Origin: Eledone cirrhosa
Lineage: Eukaryota
DNA: 64,000 nt
Direction: 5' to 3'
Assembly (NCBI GenBank): GCA_964016885.1
Contig: OZ024760.1
Location: 868,001 to 932,000 of the forward strand
Both the position numbers and the translations under genes were made by a program. Positions within the stretch are counted from its first letter, which is position 1. Every line of letters starts with the position of its first letter. Of the stretch, positions 51,311-64,000 are shown in pieces. Under the pieces are notes generated by a model, which was given only the letters and a program-made list of their open reading frames with translations, did not search any database and had not been told where the DNA came from.

Positions 51311-52041
51311 GGAGGGAGGTCGTGAGAAGGCATTACTCCGTAATTGTATGTTTGTCTCCAAGAATATTGGCATGGCATCTTACGCGATGACACACAGCCG
51401 TGGCAATCATACGTAACGTGATACTATAATAGTAGGTCTCATTTACTAGAGTCTACCAATATACTCTGCTTTATGTGTGTCAATTGCTTGCAAGGTGGAC
51501 TTTAAACGGCAATGGTGGTGATATATGTGTGTGTGTGTATATATATATGTGTGTGTGTGTGTATATATATGTGTGTGTGTGTGTGTGTATATATGTGTGT
51601 GTGTATATATATATGTGTGTGTGTATATATATATGTGTGTGTGTGTGTATATATGTGTGTGTGTGTATATATATGTGTGTGTGTGTATATATATGTGTGT
51701 GTATATATATATGTGTGTGTGTATATATATGTGTGTATATCTATATATGTGTATATCTATATATGTGTGTGTGTGTGTATATATATATATATGTGTGTAT
51801 ATCTATATATGTGTATATCTATATATGTATATACATATCTATATATGTGTATATCTATATATGTATATACATATCTATATATGTGTATATCTATATATGT
51901 ATATACATATCTATATATGTGTATATCTATATATGTATATACATATCTATATATGTATATACATATATATATGTGTATATATCTATATATGTGTATATAT
52001 CTATATATGTGTATATAGCTATATATAAGTATATATCAATA

Positions 52042-52080
<39 letters not shown>

Positions 52081-52246
52081 GTATATTTATATGTATACAT
52101 ATATGTATGCACATATGTTTATATATAAAATATATATGTATGTACATATCTATATATATATATATATGTATTTGTGTATATATATGTATACATATATGTA
52201 TGCACATGTTTATATATGTATAATATATATGTATGTACATATCTCT

Positions 52247-52308
<62 letters not shown>

Positions 52309-52562
52309 CATATCTATATGTATATGTATATATATATAATATATATGTATGTACATATCTACATGTATATATATATATATATGTATACATATATGTATGC
52401 ACACATGTTTATATATATATAATATATATGTATGTACATAAATATGACTCTCCCCAAGTATAACAATATATATATATATATATATATTATCATCATCATC
52501 ATCATCGTTTAACGACCATCTTCCACGCTAGCATATATATATATATATATACACACATATAG

Positions 52563-52604
<42 letters not shown>

Positions 52605-52606
<2 letters not shown>

Positions 52607-52800
52607 TCTCCTCTTTGCCCACTTATTCCTGGGAAGATCGTGGGGGCAGAGTCCTCAAAAACTCATTGCAGCGGGTTCTGTCAGAAGCAACTGCCTCCAA
52701 CTCGTCCGACTCAATCCCCAACCGTGACCAGCCAAGTGCATGGATGTTATCTAACCATCTTGCTCAGGTTCTACCACTGGGTCTCTGCTTTCCATAGAGA
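52605..52800 (-). mobile_element. RTE-type LINE 3' fragment
   Basis: Minus translation GKQRPSGRT*ARWLDNI...ELEAVASDR resembles the RTE C-terminal GKRPRGRP..RW.D.I...A.DR motif. Confidence 0.65.
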
Positions 52801-53264
52801 CGGAGGTATGTTTATATTGACAGGGTTAACAACCGTTGCGGAGTTTTAGTCTCGTAGTTATATTGTATAGTTTTATATAATAATAATGAAATTATTGTGT
52901 ACAGTGCTCAGGTGCACTACAACTCATCAAAGGTGCATGTATAGTACATAGAATAATGTACAAATGTCAGGAAAATGAACAGTGTATGAGTCATGATATA
53001 ATAATAATAACAATAATGAAATATTGTGTACAGTGCCCAGGTGCACCACAACTCATCAAAAAAAAAGTGCATGTACAGTACATAGGGCATTGCACAAACA
53101 TCAGCAAAATGAACAGTGCACGAGTCATGATACACACATGTGAGCATGTGTATGGAAGGGGTACATCAGGTGTAGTTTTGGCGTATTTCGGGAAGCATGA
53201 GTGTCTTAAAGGAATATGCTGAATAAAACCTGTAAGATTAGCTATCTTTTAATTGCACATATCA

Positions 53265-54210
53265 TCATAATCATCGTTTAAGATCTGTTTACCAAACTTG
53301 CATGTCTTGGAAAGGTTTTTATATTCTGCACCTAGACTGGTCAGGCGATCATACCTTTCTCATATACTATGGTGTTTGCTTGGTTTCTGTTGTTGGATGT
53401 CCTTGCTAATGTCAACCACTTTACAGAGGGGCCTGGGTGTAATTTATTGTAACAACAACATCACTTTACACAGACTGGGTATATTATTTTATCATGGCTC
53501 TTGCACTCCCTCTTTACACAGTGGGCTAAATATATTTTATCATGACATCAGTACTCGCACTTTACAGAGTGAGCTGGGTGTATTTTATCATGGCACCACC
53601 ACAACCACTACAGAGTGAACTGAGTATATTTTATCATGGCACCACCCCTACAGTGTAGACTGGGTGTATTTTATCATGGCACCACCACAACCACTTCAGA
53701 GTGTATTGGGTGTATTTTATCATGGCGCCAGCATTACAACTACAGAGTGGACTGGGTGTATTTTATCATGGCACCCCCACAACCACTACAGAGTGAACTG
53801 GGTGTATTTTATCATGGCACCAGAACTGCAACTACAGAGTGGACTGGGTGTATTTTACCATGCCACCATCACAACCACTACAGAGTGGACTGGGTGTATT
53901 TTACCACGATACCATCACCACCACTTTACACAGACTGGGTATATTTTATCATGGCTCTAGCATTACCACTTTACAAAATGGGTTGTGTATTATATCGTGA
54001 CACTACCACTACCCTTTTACAGAGTGGGCTGAATGTACTTTATCATGACATCAGCACTATCACTTTACAGCATGAACACAGTGTATTTTATCATAGTACC
54101 AGCACTATCACTTTACATCGTGGGCTGAGTGCATTTTGTAATGATACTAGCACTACCACTTTACAGAGTGAACAGGGTGTACTTTATTGTGGCACCAACA
54201 CTACCTCATA
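53265..54210 (-). repeat. SINE whose internal segment of about 45 bp is tandemly amplified
   Basis: Unit (reverse complement) GATAAAATACACCCAGTCCACTCTGTAGT; SINE 3' end at 53265-53430. Confidence 0.8.
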
Positions 54211-54240
54211 TTGCACAGTGGAACTAATTAAGCAACTTAA

Positions 54241-54458
54241 CCCTTTAGCATTTAAACTGGCCATATCCAGCCAGAATTCTCACAACTCTTTCTGTTCAAA
54301 GCGGCCATAACTGGCTGCTCATACTTATGTTAAGGTATTGTTCTCAAAATAGATATCAAAATCTCGTAGATTCTATATTATGTGAGATAATTGTGTGAAG
54401 TAAAACCTTTACCATGAAAATATAATAGTATATATAGAGTACTGTAAATGGTAAAGGG
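54241..54458. mobile_element. piggyBac-type MITE
   Basis: TTAA-CCCTTTAGCATTTA...TAAATGGTAAAGGG-TTAA; partial copies at 54977 and 61993. Confidence 0.8.
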
Positions 54459-54611
54459 TTAAAGAAACAACTAAGGAAAGAATATGTGGGGTTATCATAA
54501 TTTTACATCTGCTCTCTATGTTGACATGGGTTGTACAGGTTGTCCTGGTCTGAGGTTGAACAGGCCACAAAACCATGACTTGCTCATACATTCCATTATT
54601 GTTATTGTCTC

Positions 54612-54778
54612 CAGGGCCTCCAAGAGAAATTTTGCAAGGCGGTACAAGACTCCTTTGGGACCCGAAGCAGGCAAAGATTTTTCTCAAAATAGACATTGCA
54701 TGGTTGTTGTGGGGGGGCCCTTTCAAATCTAGAGCCCCAGAACAAAGTACCAGCTGGAGCTGCCTCTCATAGGCCCTG
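54612..54778. mobile_element. Possible hAT-type MITE
   Basis: CAGGGCCT...AGGCCCTG termini; degenerate 8-bp flanks ATTGTCTC/ATGATTTC. Confidence 0.45.
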
Positions 54779-55769
54779 ATGATTTCTACATTTGGTTGTC
54801 TTTTCTTACACTAACTTCTTTACATAGTGTATTGGGGGTAGTTTAGTGTAGCACCAGTACTAGAGAGATTGTTATGCCCCCAGCAGGACAATAAGGGAAC
54901 TCTCTACTCTATATTGTCTCAGTTCCAACACCTACCACTTTACATAGTGTACTGTAGGGCTAATTAAGCAACTTAACCCTTTAGCATTTAAACCAGCCAT
55001 ATCTGGCCAGAATTCTCTCACCTCTTTCTGTTCAAACTGGCCATAACCGGCTGCTCATACTGATGTTAGGGTATTGTTCTTAAAATATATATCATGGCAT
55101 ACCTGACAACTCAGTGAGGCGTGGGAATGTATGTATGCAAGATTATTCAAGGCCCCAAGTCCTGAGAGGCCAAGAGCTTTGCGTGAGTACTAACTGTCTG
55201 TGACAACCCATCTATCTATTGCTAACAGTGAAAACGAAGGATAATGATGATATTGATGATATTTGAAACACTACTTAACAAAATTTTATTACATAAAATT
55301 ATGATGAAATATTTAAGCTTAAATAGGAACGCTTTAAAACAAATGGCTTTTTTTTTAATCATAAAACCAGTGGTGGTTTAATATTTGAAGAGATAAATTG
55401 TAATTTAGTGATATGCTTATCAAAGGAATTGATTAAATGTGAGGAGATGGTGTGAATTTTTAAAGTTATAGTGGGTGTATGTATGATAATTGTAAGAGGA
55501 TGAAGGTCTTAACATCGAAGTAAGTTAGAAAGGGACAGATAAGAAAAGTGTTTATAGGAAATGTAGGTGTCTAATCTGATTATATAACAGGTGTTTTCGA
55601 TATCTTGGAGAATATGTAGGGAAGCATTTCGTTAGAACTAGAGGCTATATTGAGGTGAGTGTGGTGTGGGTGAATGAAATGTCTAGTTTGAAACGGATTT
55701 TTTTGGAGGTGAGGGTGAATTTTTTTTTTTTTTTACATCTTCCTGCCACTCCCATCAATGACTCGCTGG

Positions 55770-56412
55770 AAAGTGGAAAGTGTTGGTATTGGTGCCATGA
55801 TAAACAGCACCCAGTCCACTCTGTAAAGTTGCAGTGCTTGTGCCACAATAAAAGCACTCATTTCAGTCCGTAAAGTGAGGTTGTTGATGCCTTGATTAAA
55901 AGCACCCAGTCCACTCTGTAAAGTGGTGGTGCTTGTGCCATGATAAAAAGCACCCAGTCTACTCTGTAACATGGTAGTGCAGGTGGTATGATAAAAAGCA
56001 GCCAGTCGTCTCTGTAAAGTGTTGGTGCTTGTGTCATGATAAAAAGCACCCAGTCCACTCTGTAAGTGGTAGCGCTTGTACCATGATAAAAAGCACCCAG
56101 TTCTCTGTAAAGTGCTTGTTTTGATGCCACGATAAAAAGTGCCCAGTCCACACTGTAAAGTGGTCGTTTTGGTGCCACTACAAAAAGCACCCAGTCTATA
56201 CTGTAAATGTGGTTGTTTTCGTGACATGATAAAAAGCACTCAGCACACACTGTAAATGTGGTTGGCATTAGGAAGGACATCCAGCTGTAGAAACCAAGCC
56301 AGAAATGGTTCTGTATGAGCAAGATGTCGTCTGATCTAACTTGTCTCACAATGGGACAATCTGTGTAACCCATGCTAGTGTGTAAAAATGGATGTTAAAT
56401 GGTGATGATGAT
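55770..56412 (+). repeat. SINE with an amplified internal unit of about 45 bp
   Basis: GATAAAAAGCACCCAGTCCACTCTGTAAAGTG about 10 times, then AGGAAGGACATCCAGCTG...(GAT)n. Confidence 0.8.
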
Positions 56413-56529
56413 GAACCTGCAGGGAAACTGCTTCTCTGGCTACCAGATGCAAAGTGCTAAGTAGGACATCTAAACATAACCATCAGGACCCTATTTGTGA
56501 GGGTTTCTGGCCTCACTGGACGGGTTCTT

Positions 56530-57100
56530 CTTGCTGCAAAGTGGTTGGCAAATGCACAAGGACAATGTAGGGTAAAAAGTAACCTTTTGTCTGAGGACAT
56601 GACAACCTCTCTCGTGCTGGTACGACAGTAAAATGCACCCATTCACTCTGTAAAGTGGTTGGCAAATGCACAAGATCAATGTAGGGTGAAAAGAGACCTT
56701 TAGTCTGAGGACATGACAACCTCACTAGTGTTGGTATGACAGTAGAATGCACCCAGTTCACTCTGTAAAGTGGTTGGCACAGGGACAAAGTAGGGTTGAA
56801 AGGAACCTTTAGTCGTGCTGAGGTCATGACAATAAAATGCACCCAGTTCACTCTATAAAATGGTTGGCAAATGCACAGGGACAATGTAGGGTTGAAAGGA
56901 ACCTTTAGTCGTGCTGAAGTCAGGACAACCTCACTAGTGTTGGTGCAACAATAAAATGCACCCAGTTCACACTGTAAAGTGGTTGGCAAATGCACAAATT
57001 TAATGTAGAGTCAAAAGAATCTTTTAGTCTGGCTGAGAACATAACCTCTCTAGCAGTGGTAAAAATGCACCCAGTACACTCTGTAAAGCAGTTGACAAAT
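56530..57100 (+). repeat. About 115-bp tandem repeat containing the same SINE segment
   Basis: TGCACCCAGTTCACTCTGTAAAGTGGTTGGCAAATGCAC about 5-6 times. Confidence 0.8.
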
Positions 57101-57367
57101 GCACTAGATATATATTGTTTGAGGCTTAACAGTCATCCCACACACTGTGTTGGACACACACTGTTCAGGCCCTTCTCTTGTGCTGCTGCCTTCCTACCTA
57201 CCTTTTCTCCAGTCAGTCACCATCATCATCATCATTACTATCATCACTACTATCACCAGCATCACTGCTATCATCATCACTATCACTAACATCGCCATCA
57301 CCAATATCACCATTACTATCACCACCACTACTTCACTAACATCACCATCACACCAACTCCACCACTG

Positions 57368-57501
57368 GCCCTTTATGGTCTGAGTTCAAATCCCACCGAG
57401 GTTAACTTTACCTTTCATCGTTACGGGGTCGATAACATAAAGTACCAGTAATACACTGGGATAATTGCAGGCCTTGTGCCAAAAGTAGAAACAATTATTA
57501 T
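57368..57501 (+). mobile_element. 5'-truncated Meta-like SINE
   Basis: B box, central domain and 3' end. Confidence 0.8.
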
Positions 57502-59840
57502 TGCTACCACTATCACCACCAACACCATCATCATCACCGTCATCACTATCTCTGCCTCACTACCATTACTATTGCCATCACCATCACAACTTCACCAACA
57601 CCACCACCATCACACCAACACCACCACCATCACACCAACTCCACCACCATCACACCAACACCACCACCATCACACCAACACCACCACCATCACACCAACT
57701 CCACCACCATCACACCAACTCCACCACCATCACAACTTCACCATCACAACTACACCAACATAACAATCACACCAACTCCACCACCATCACAACTCCACCA
57801 CCATCACAACACCACCACCACACCAACTCCACCACCACCACACCAACTCCACCACCACCATCCCAACTCCACCACCACCATCCCAACTCCACCACCATCC
57901 CAACACCACCACCACACCAACTCCACCACCATCCCAACTCCACCACCACCATCCCAACTCCACCACCACCACACCAACTCCACCACCACCATCCCAACTC
58001 CACCACCACCATCCCAACTCCACCACCACCATCCCAACTCCACCACCACCATCCCACCACCACCACACCAACTCCACCACACCAACTCCACCACCACCAT
58101 CCCAACTCCACCACCACCATCCCAACTCCACCATCCCAACTCCACCATCCCAACTCCACCATCCCAACTCCACCACACCAGCTCCACCATCCCAACTCCA
58201 CCACACCAACTCCACCACACCAACTCCACCACCCCCACACCAACTCCACCACCCCCACACCAACTCCACCACCACCACACCAACTCCACCACCACACCAA
58301 CTCCACCACCACACCAACTCCACCACCACCACACCAACTCCACCACCACCACACCAACTCCACCACCACCACACCAACTCCACCACCACCCCACCAACTC
58401 CACCACACCAACTCCACCACCACCACACCAACTCCACCACACCAACTCCACCACCACCATCCCAACTCCACCACCACCATCCCAACTCCACCATCCCAAC
58501 TCCACCACACCAACTCCACCATCCCAACTCCACCACACCAACTCCACCACACCAACTCCACCACACCAACTCCACCACCCCCACACCAACTCCACCACCC
58601 CCACACCAACTCCACCACCCCCACACCAACTCCACCACACCAACTCCACCACCACACCAACTCCACCACCACACCAACTCCACCACCACCACACCAACTC
58701 CACCACCACCACACCAACTCCACCACCACCACACCAACTCCACCACCACCCCACCAACTCCACCACACCAACTCCACCACCACCACACCAACTCCACCAC
58801 ACCAACTCCACCACACCAACTCCACCACCACCATCCCAACTCCACCACCATCCCAACTCCACCACCATCCCAACTCCACCACCATCCCAACTCCACCACA
58901 CCAACTCCACCACCACCCCAACTCCACCACCACCATCCCAACTCCACCACCACACCAACTCCACCACCACCATCCCAACTCCACCACCATCCCAACTCCA
59001 CCACCATCCCAACTCCACCACCATCTCAACACCACCACCATCTCAACACCACCACCATCTCAACTCCACCACCACCCCAACTCCACCACCACCATCCCAA
59101 CTCCACCACCATCCCAACTCCACCACCACACCAACTCCACCACCACCACCCCAACTCCACCACCACCATCCCAACACCACCACCATCCCAACTCCACCAC
59201 CATCCCAACTCCACCACCACACCAACACCACCACCATCTCAACTCCACCACACCAACTCCACCACCACCACACCAACTCCACCACACCAACTCCACCACC
59301 ACCATCCCAACACCACCACCATCCCAACTCCACCACCATCCCAACTCCACCACCATCCCAACTCCACCACCATCCCAACTCCACCACCATCCCAACTCCA
59401 CCACCATCCCAACTCCACCACCACCCCAACTCCACCACCACCATCCCAACACCACCACCATCCCAACTCCACCACCATCCCAACTCCACCACCACACCAA
59501 CACCACCACCATCTCAACTCCACCACACCAACTCCACCACCACCACACCAACTCCACCACACCAACTCCACCACCACCACACCAACTCCACCACCACCAC
59601 ACCAACTCCACCACCACCACACCAACTCCACCACCACCACACCAACTCCACCACCACCACACCAACTCCACCACCACCATCCCAACTCCACCACCACCAT
59701 CCCAACTCCACCACCACCACACCAACTCCACCACACCAACTCCACCACCACCACACCAACACCACCACCACACCAACACCACCACCACACCAACACCAAC
59801 ATCACACCAACACCACCACCACAATCACTATCACTGCTGC
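57502..59840. repeat. CCAACT(CCA)n minisatellite
   Basis: Direct reading. Confidence 0.95.
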
Positions 59841-60089
59841 TGATGTCTGAAGATATTCTGAAGAATTCAGAATGAGTGATGGAAGGAAAGGAGAAAGAGA
59901 GAGAGAGTGAGAGATGTCTTGTGAGTGGTGGGGATGATGCTAATGGCAGTGGCGGGGTGGTGTGTAAGTGAATGGTGCTGGTAGTGGCAGGGTGGGGTGG
60001 TGCCAGTTACCTTTTTTGAACTTGCCTTTATTCCTTGCAAGTACCATTGAAAGCAGATCACCATGACTAGCTGTATGTATACAGTAGAC

Positions 60090-60142
<53 letters not shown>

Positions 60143-60143
<1 letters not shown>

Positions 60144-60624
60144 GTAGGAGGTGAGTTTTATTGTAGAACAATAAAGCAATGCAGATATCGGATAAGAAGC
60201 ACTCTACAGTTTGTAGGACTGGAGTATACATAATATATAAGATCAAAAGATGGTTAAAAGAGTTCCATGTATTTTATTATGCGCATTTCGAAAACAAATA
60301 TGATCATGCAATAATATTTGTGTTTTCATCAGATAAAACAGGAAGACATGATATAAAGGTTAAAAAACATATGTTGATTTAAAACTGAACTATCCACAAG
60401 TGTTTTTTAACCTTCATATCATGTCTTCCTGTTTTATCTGATGAAAACACAAATATTATTGCATGATGATATTTGTTTTTGAAATGCGCATAATAAAATA
60501 CATGGAACTCTTTTAACCATCTTTTGTTCTTATATATTATGTATACTCCAGTCCTACAAACTGTAGAGTGCTTCTTATCCGATATCTGCATTGCTTTATT
60601 GTACTACAATAAAACTCACCTCCT

Positions 60625-60627
<3 letters not shown>
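60143..60627. mobile_element. Palindromic element with about 228-bp arms and a complete HHR in each arm
   Basis: Arms 60143-60370 and 60400-60627 with a few mismatches; TA flanks. Confidence 0.9.
60430..60500 (+). ncRNA. Type I HHR (mirror copy 60270-60340, minus strand)
   Basis: TGTTTTAT-CTGATGA-AAACACAAATAT...ATATTTGTTTTT-GAAAT-GCGC-ATA-ATAAAATA. Confidence 0.85.
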
Positions 60628-60655
<28 letters not shown>

Positions 60656-60658
60656 GTT

Positions 60659-61110
60659 AAATACAAATATTAATAAAATAGATGTTCTTTTGATCAATTA
60701 CATTTTATTATACATATTTCGGATGTACAACAGTACGTCCTCATCAGACAAAATATAATTATACATGACATACCCTGAGATGTTAAATGGTTAAGATTTA
60801 ATCAAGGTAGTGATTAACCTGAGAGAGGTAGTGATTAAACTTTCTCTCAGGTTAATCACTACCTTGATTAAATCTTAACCATTTAACATCTCAGGGTATG
60901 TCATGTATAATTATATTTTGTCTGATGAGGACGTACTGTTGTACATCCGAAATATGTATAATAAAATGTAATTGATCAAAAGAACATCTATTTTATTAAT
61001 ATTTGTATTTTAATATTAATAATTCTGGAAAATTATTTTCCCATAGAGTGCTTCCAATCTACTGTAAAACTCATTCTTTGATATACTCATTGAATCTTGT
61101 TTAACTCTTT
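60659..61110. mobile_element. Palindromic element with about 168-bp arms, an HHR in each arm and a right-side tail
   Basis: Arms 60659-60826 and 60844-61011 appear identical. Confidence 0.9.
60915..60967 (+). ncRNA. Type I HHR (mirror copy 60702-60754, minus strand)
   Basis: ATTTTGT-CTGATGA-GGACGTAC-TGTT-GTACATCC-GAAAT-ATGT-ATA-ATAAAAT. Confidence 0.85.
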
Positions 61111-61183
61111 AATATATATATATTTAAAAAAAGGAAAAGAATGACTTCACTTGTAGTTCTAAACAATTTAATTTGATTTTATA

Positions 61184-61930
61184 CTTTACGATCTGAGTTC
61201 AAATCCCGCCGAGGTTAACTTTGCCTTTCATCCTTACGGGGTCGATAAAATAAAGTACCAGTAATACAGTGGGTAATTGCTGGCCTTGTGCCAAAAGTAG
61301 AAACAATTATGATTTTACAATTTATCGCTCTCACCCTCTCTCCCTTATCGCTCTTGCCTTCTCTTTTTCTTGCTCTACCTCTCCTCTCTCTCACTTGCTG
61401 TCTCTCCTTCCCTCTTCTGCTCTGATCCCAAAACAAAGTTCTCTTATTCGATCTCTTTCAAAGTACTCCTAGCATGTGAGTCGCCTGAACTAAACAAAGA
61501 TTCAAAAAACTTGTTGAAACTTAACACAATGGAAACTCATTACATAATTATTTCTACTTTTGGCACCAGGCCAGCAATTATTCCAGTGCATTACTGGTAC
61601 TTTATTTTATCGACCCCGTAAGGATGAAAGGCAAAGTTAACCTCGGCGGGATTTGAACTCAAATGGCAAAGGCCGTAACTCTATGCGTCAAAGCATGGCG
61701 TCCAACCCTCTACCGATGCTGCCAACCCAACATCTTAATATAATTGTTTCTACTTTTGGCACAAGGCCAGTAATTACCCCAGTGTATTACTGGTACTTTA
61801 TTTTATCGACCCCGTAAGGATGAAAGGCAAAGTTAAACTCGGCGGGATTTGAACTCAGATCATGAAGGGAGGTAACTCTATGCTTCAAAGCATGGTGCCC
61901 GACCCTCTACCGATACTGCCAATCCACCAT
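61184..61930. mobile_element. Meta-like SINEs: 61184-61311 (+), 61545-61730 (-), 61738-61930 (-)
   Basis: B box and central domain in each; 34-bp flanking duplication at 61515 and 61931. Confidence 0.85.
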
Positions 61931-62389
61931 TGAAACTTAACATAATGGAAACTCATTACATAATGGAGTTTGAAACAAAAACTATACTTTAACCCTTTAG
62001 CATTCACATTACTCTATATTTATTGTATTTTCACAGTAAACACTTTATCTCACATAATATCGAATCTATGAGATTTTGGTATTACTTTTTTTGAGAAAAA
62101 TACCTTAACTTAGATAAGAACAGCGGGTAACAGTAACAAGAAGAATACACAATCTTGACAAGGAACAAGACACTCTGAAACAATTGTCGATTGTCAATTG
62201 TCTCCTTTCAGCTACCACTGGAACAAAAGGATGATGTCGTCATCTACCACGTGGTGTTTCTGAAGCTGTTTACTTGTAAACAAACCGAAATCAACTTACT
62301 TCAAAATAGGACTTGTCTAACCCATGCTAGCGTGGAAGATGGACGTTAAATGATGGTGATGATGATCTGTTTAAATATATATTTGTTAT

Positions 62390-62422
<33 letters not shown>

Positions 62423-62594
62423 ACATTTATATATATATATGTATATATGTGTGTGTGTATATATGTATTATGTGCGCAAAAATGTTGCGTCAAAATACTT
62501 CCCCGCCACTGCTCTGGTGACAATGCAATCTGAACATAGATTAAATTATTTGTTTGAGTGCATGTCTACTTGAAACTCTGAAGATAATCTTGGC

Positions 62595-62597
<3 letters not shown>

Positions 62598-62627
<30 letters not shown>

Positions 62628-63185
62628 GCTCTCTCTCTCTCTGTCTCTCTACCTCTCACTCTGTCTCTATCTCTACCTCTCTGTCTCTCTCTCTAATTTT
62701 ACCTCTATCTCTATACCACTCTCTTTACCTCTCTCTTTCTCTCTCTCTCTACCTCTCTGTCTTTCTCTACTTCTCTCTCTCTGTACCTCTCTCTCTCTCT
62801 TTACTTCTCTGTCTCTCTTTACTCCTCTCTCTCTACCTCTCTCTTTCTCTGTCTTTCTCTACTTCTGTCTCTCTCTACTCTTTCTCTCCATGCTCTCTTC
62901 TTCTCTTCTTCGCCTTCTCTCTACCTCTCTTTCACCCTTTCTCTTTTTTCTCCTTCCTTCTCTCTATCCCTTATATCTCTCTCCTTGCCTTTCTCCCCTT
63001 CTCTTCTCTCTCTGCCCTTCTCTCTCTCTTCCCTCTCTCACTCTCTTCCTTTCCCTCTCTCTCTCTCTCTCCCCCGTTTTTCTCTTCCCCTTTCTCTCTC
63101 TCTCCCCTTCTCTCTCTTCCCATCTCTCTCTTCCCAGCTCTCTCCCCTACTCTCTCTCTCTCTCTCTCTCCGTCTCTATGTCTCT
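62598..63185. repeat. (CT)n-rich tract
   Basis: Direct reading. Confidence 0.9.
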
Positions 63186-63564
63186 TTGTTTCCAAGCCAC
63201 CCAATAAATAATAAGTAAAACAAATCACAGGAGGAATTATGTCAGTTACTATTAGATATGGTTGCAATGGCTGAAGAGGGTGGAGCTGAAATAAACCGGG
63301 AGAAGTAGAATACATTAGAAGCCCTGACTCGCCAATGTCTGTTGCTGTAGTGAGAGACAGATAGATGTGATGTAGTGGTGGGGTGTATATATGTGTGAAA
63401 CAAATGAACTATGATGAGGTGTGCTCAGCTATGCTGTGCTGGGAGGCCGGGGTGGGCAGTACTGTGCAGTGAGGGTTGGGCTGAATTTAAAGAAAGAAAC
63501 TAAAACTAAATCTGGTTGTATGTTTGCTGGTAGTTTAAATCTTTTTTTATTAAAAAACAATTTT

Positions 63565-63890
63565 CTTATACAGCAGTGTGTCTTATACAGCAGTGTGTCT
63601 TATACACCAGTGTCTTATACACCAGTGTGTCTTATACACCAGTGTGTCTTATACACCAGTGTGTCTTATACACCAGTGTGTCCTATACACTGCTATGTTC
63701 TTATACATCGGTGTGTCTTATACACCAGCATATCGTATATACCAGTGTGTCATATACCTCTGGCTTATAAACAAGGAGTGTTCTTATACACCAGCATGTC
63801 TTATACACTAGTGTGTTTAATACATCAACATGTGTTGTATGCACCTTAATATATCAACATGTATGTCTTATGCACCTTTGTGTCTTATAT
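63565..63890. repeat. About 18-bp tandem repeat CAGTGTGTCTTATACAC
   Basis: Direct reading; decays to the right. Confidence 0.85.
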
Positions 63891-64000
63891 ACACACTTCC
63901 TTTTACAACAGTGCATTTTATATTGCCACCAAAACAATGTCTGTAAATTTTAACTTGAGATAAGCTGGCAAGGTATCCACTAAGAGAGATTTATGTGTCC

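Noticed and set aside
57501-59843. 780-aa Pro/His/Thr ORF
   Set aside because: CCA-based minisatellite with units of mixed frame
60179-60591. Twin convergent 67/70-aa ORFs
   Set aside because: They arise from the DNA palindrome; no recognisable protein features
63565-63800. Tn5/Nextera adapter-like TCTTATACAC
   Set aside because: Does not match the 19-bp mosaic end and decays like a natural minisatellite

Overview
AT-rich, microsatellite-saturated eukaryotic DNA with no supportable cellular gene; nearly all long ORFs are simple-repeat artefacts. The SINE families and (TA)n density suggest an octopus/cephalopod genome (inference). The main signal is a dense set of short, mutually unrelated elements inserted in (TA)n tracts. 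Many are head-to-head palindromes whose arms carry type I hammerhead ribozyme (HHR) motifs (CTGANGA-stem II-GAAAY-stem III-NUH) pointing outward. In about 8 unrelated families stem III is a different but self-complementary sequence, the known signature of dimeric Penelope-like element (PLE) hammerheads. Also present: a decayed PLE GIY-YIG 3' fragment with its own HHR, a 538-bp retrozyme-like partial tandem, about 16 Meta-domain-like tRNA SINEs (four nested in TA-embedded elements with TSDs), CR1- and RTE-type LINE fragments, a piggyBac-type MITE, SINE-derived minisatellites and an 8.3-kb 9/12-bp satellite. All pairings and translations were done by eye; boundaries are approximate.
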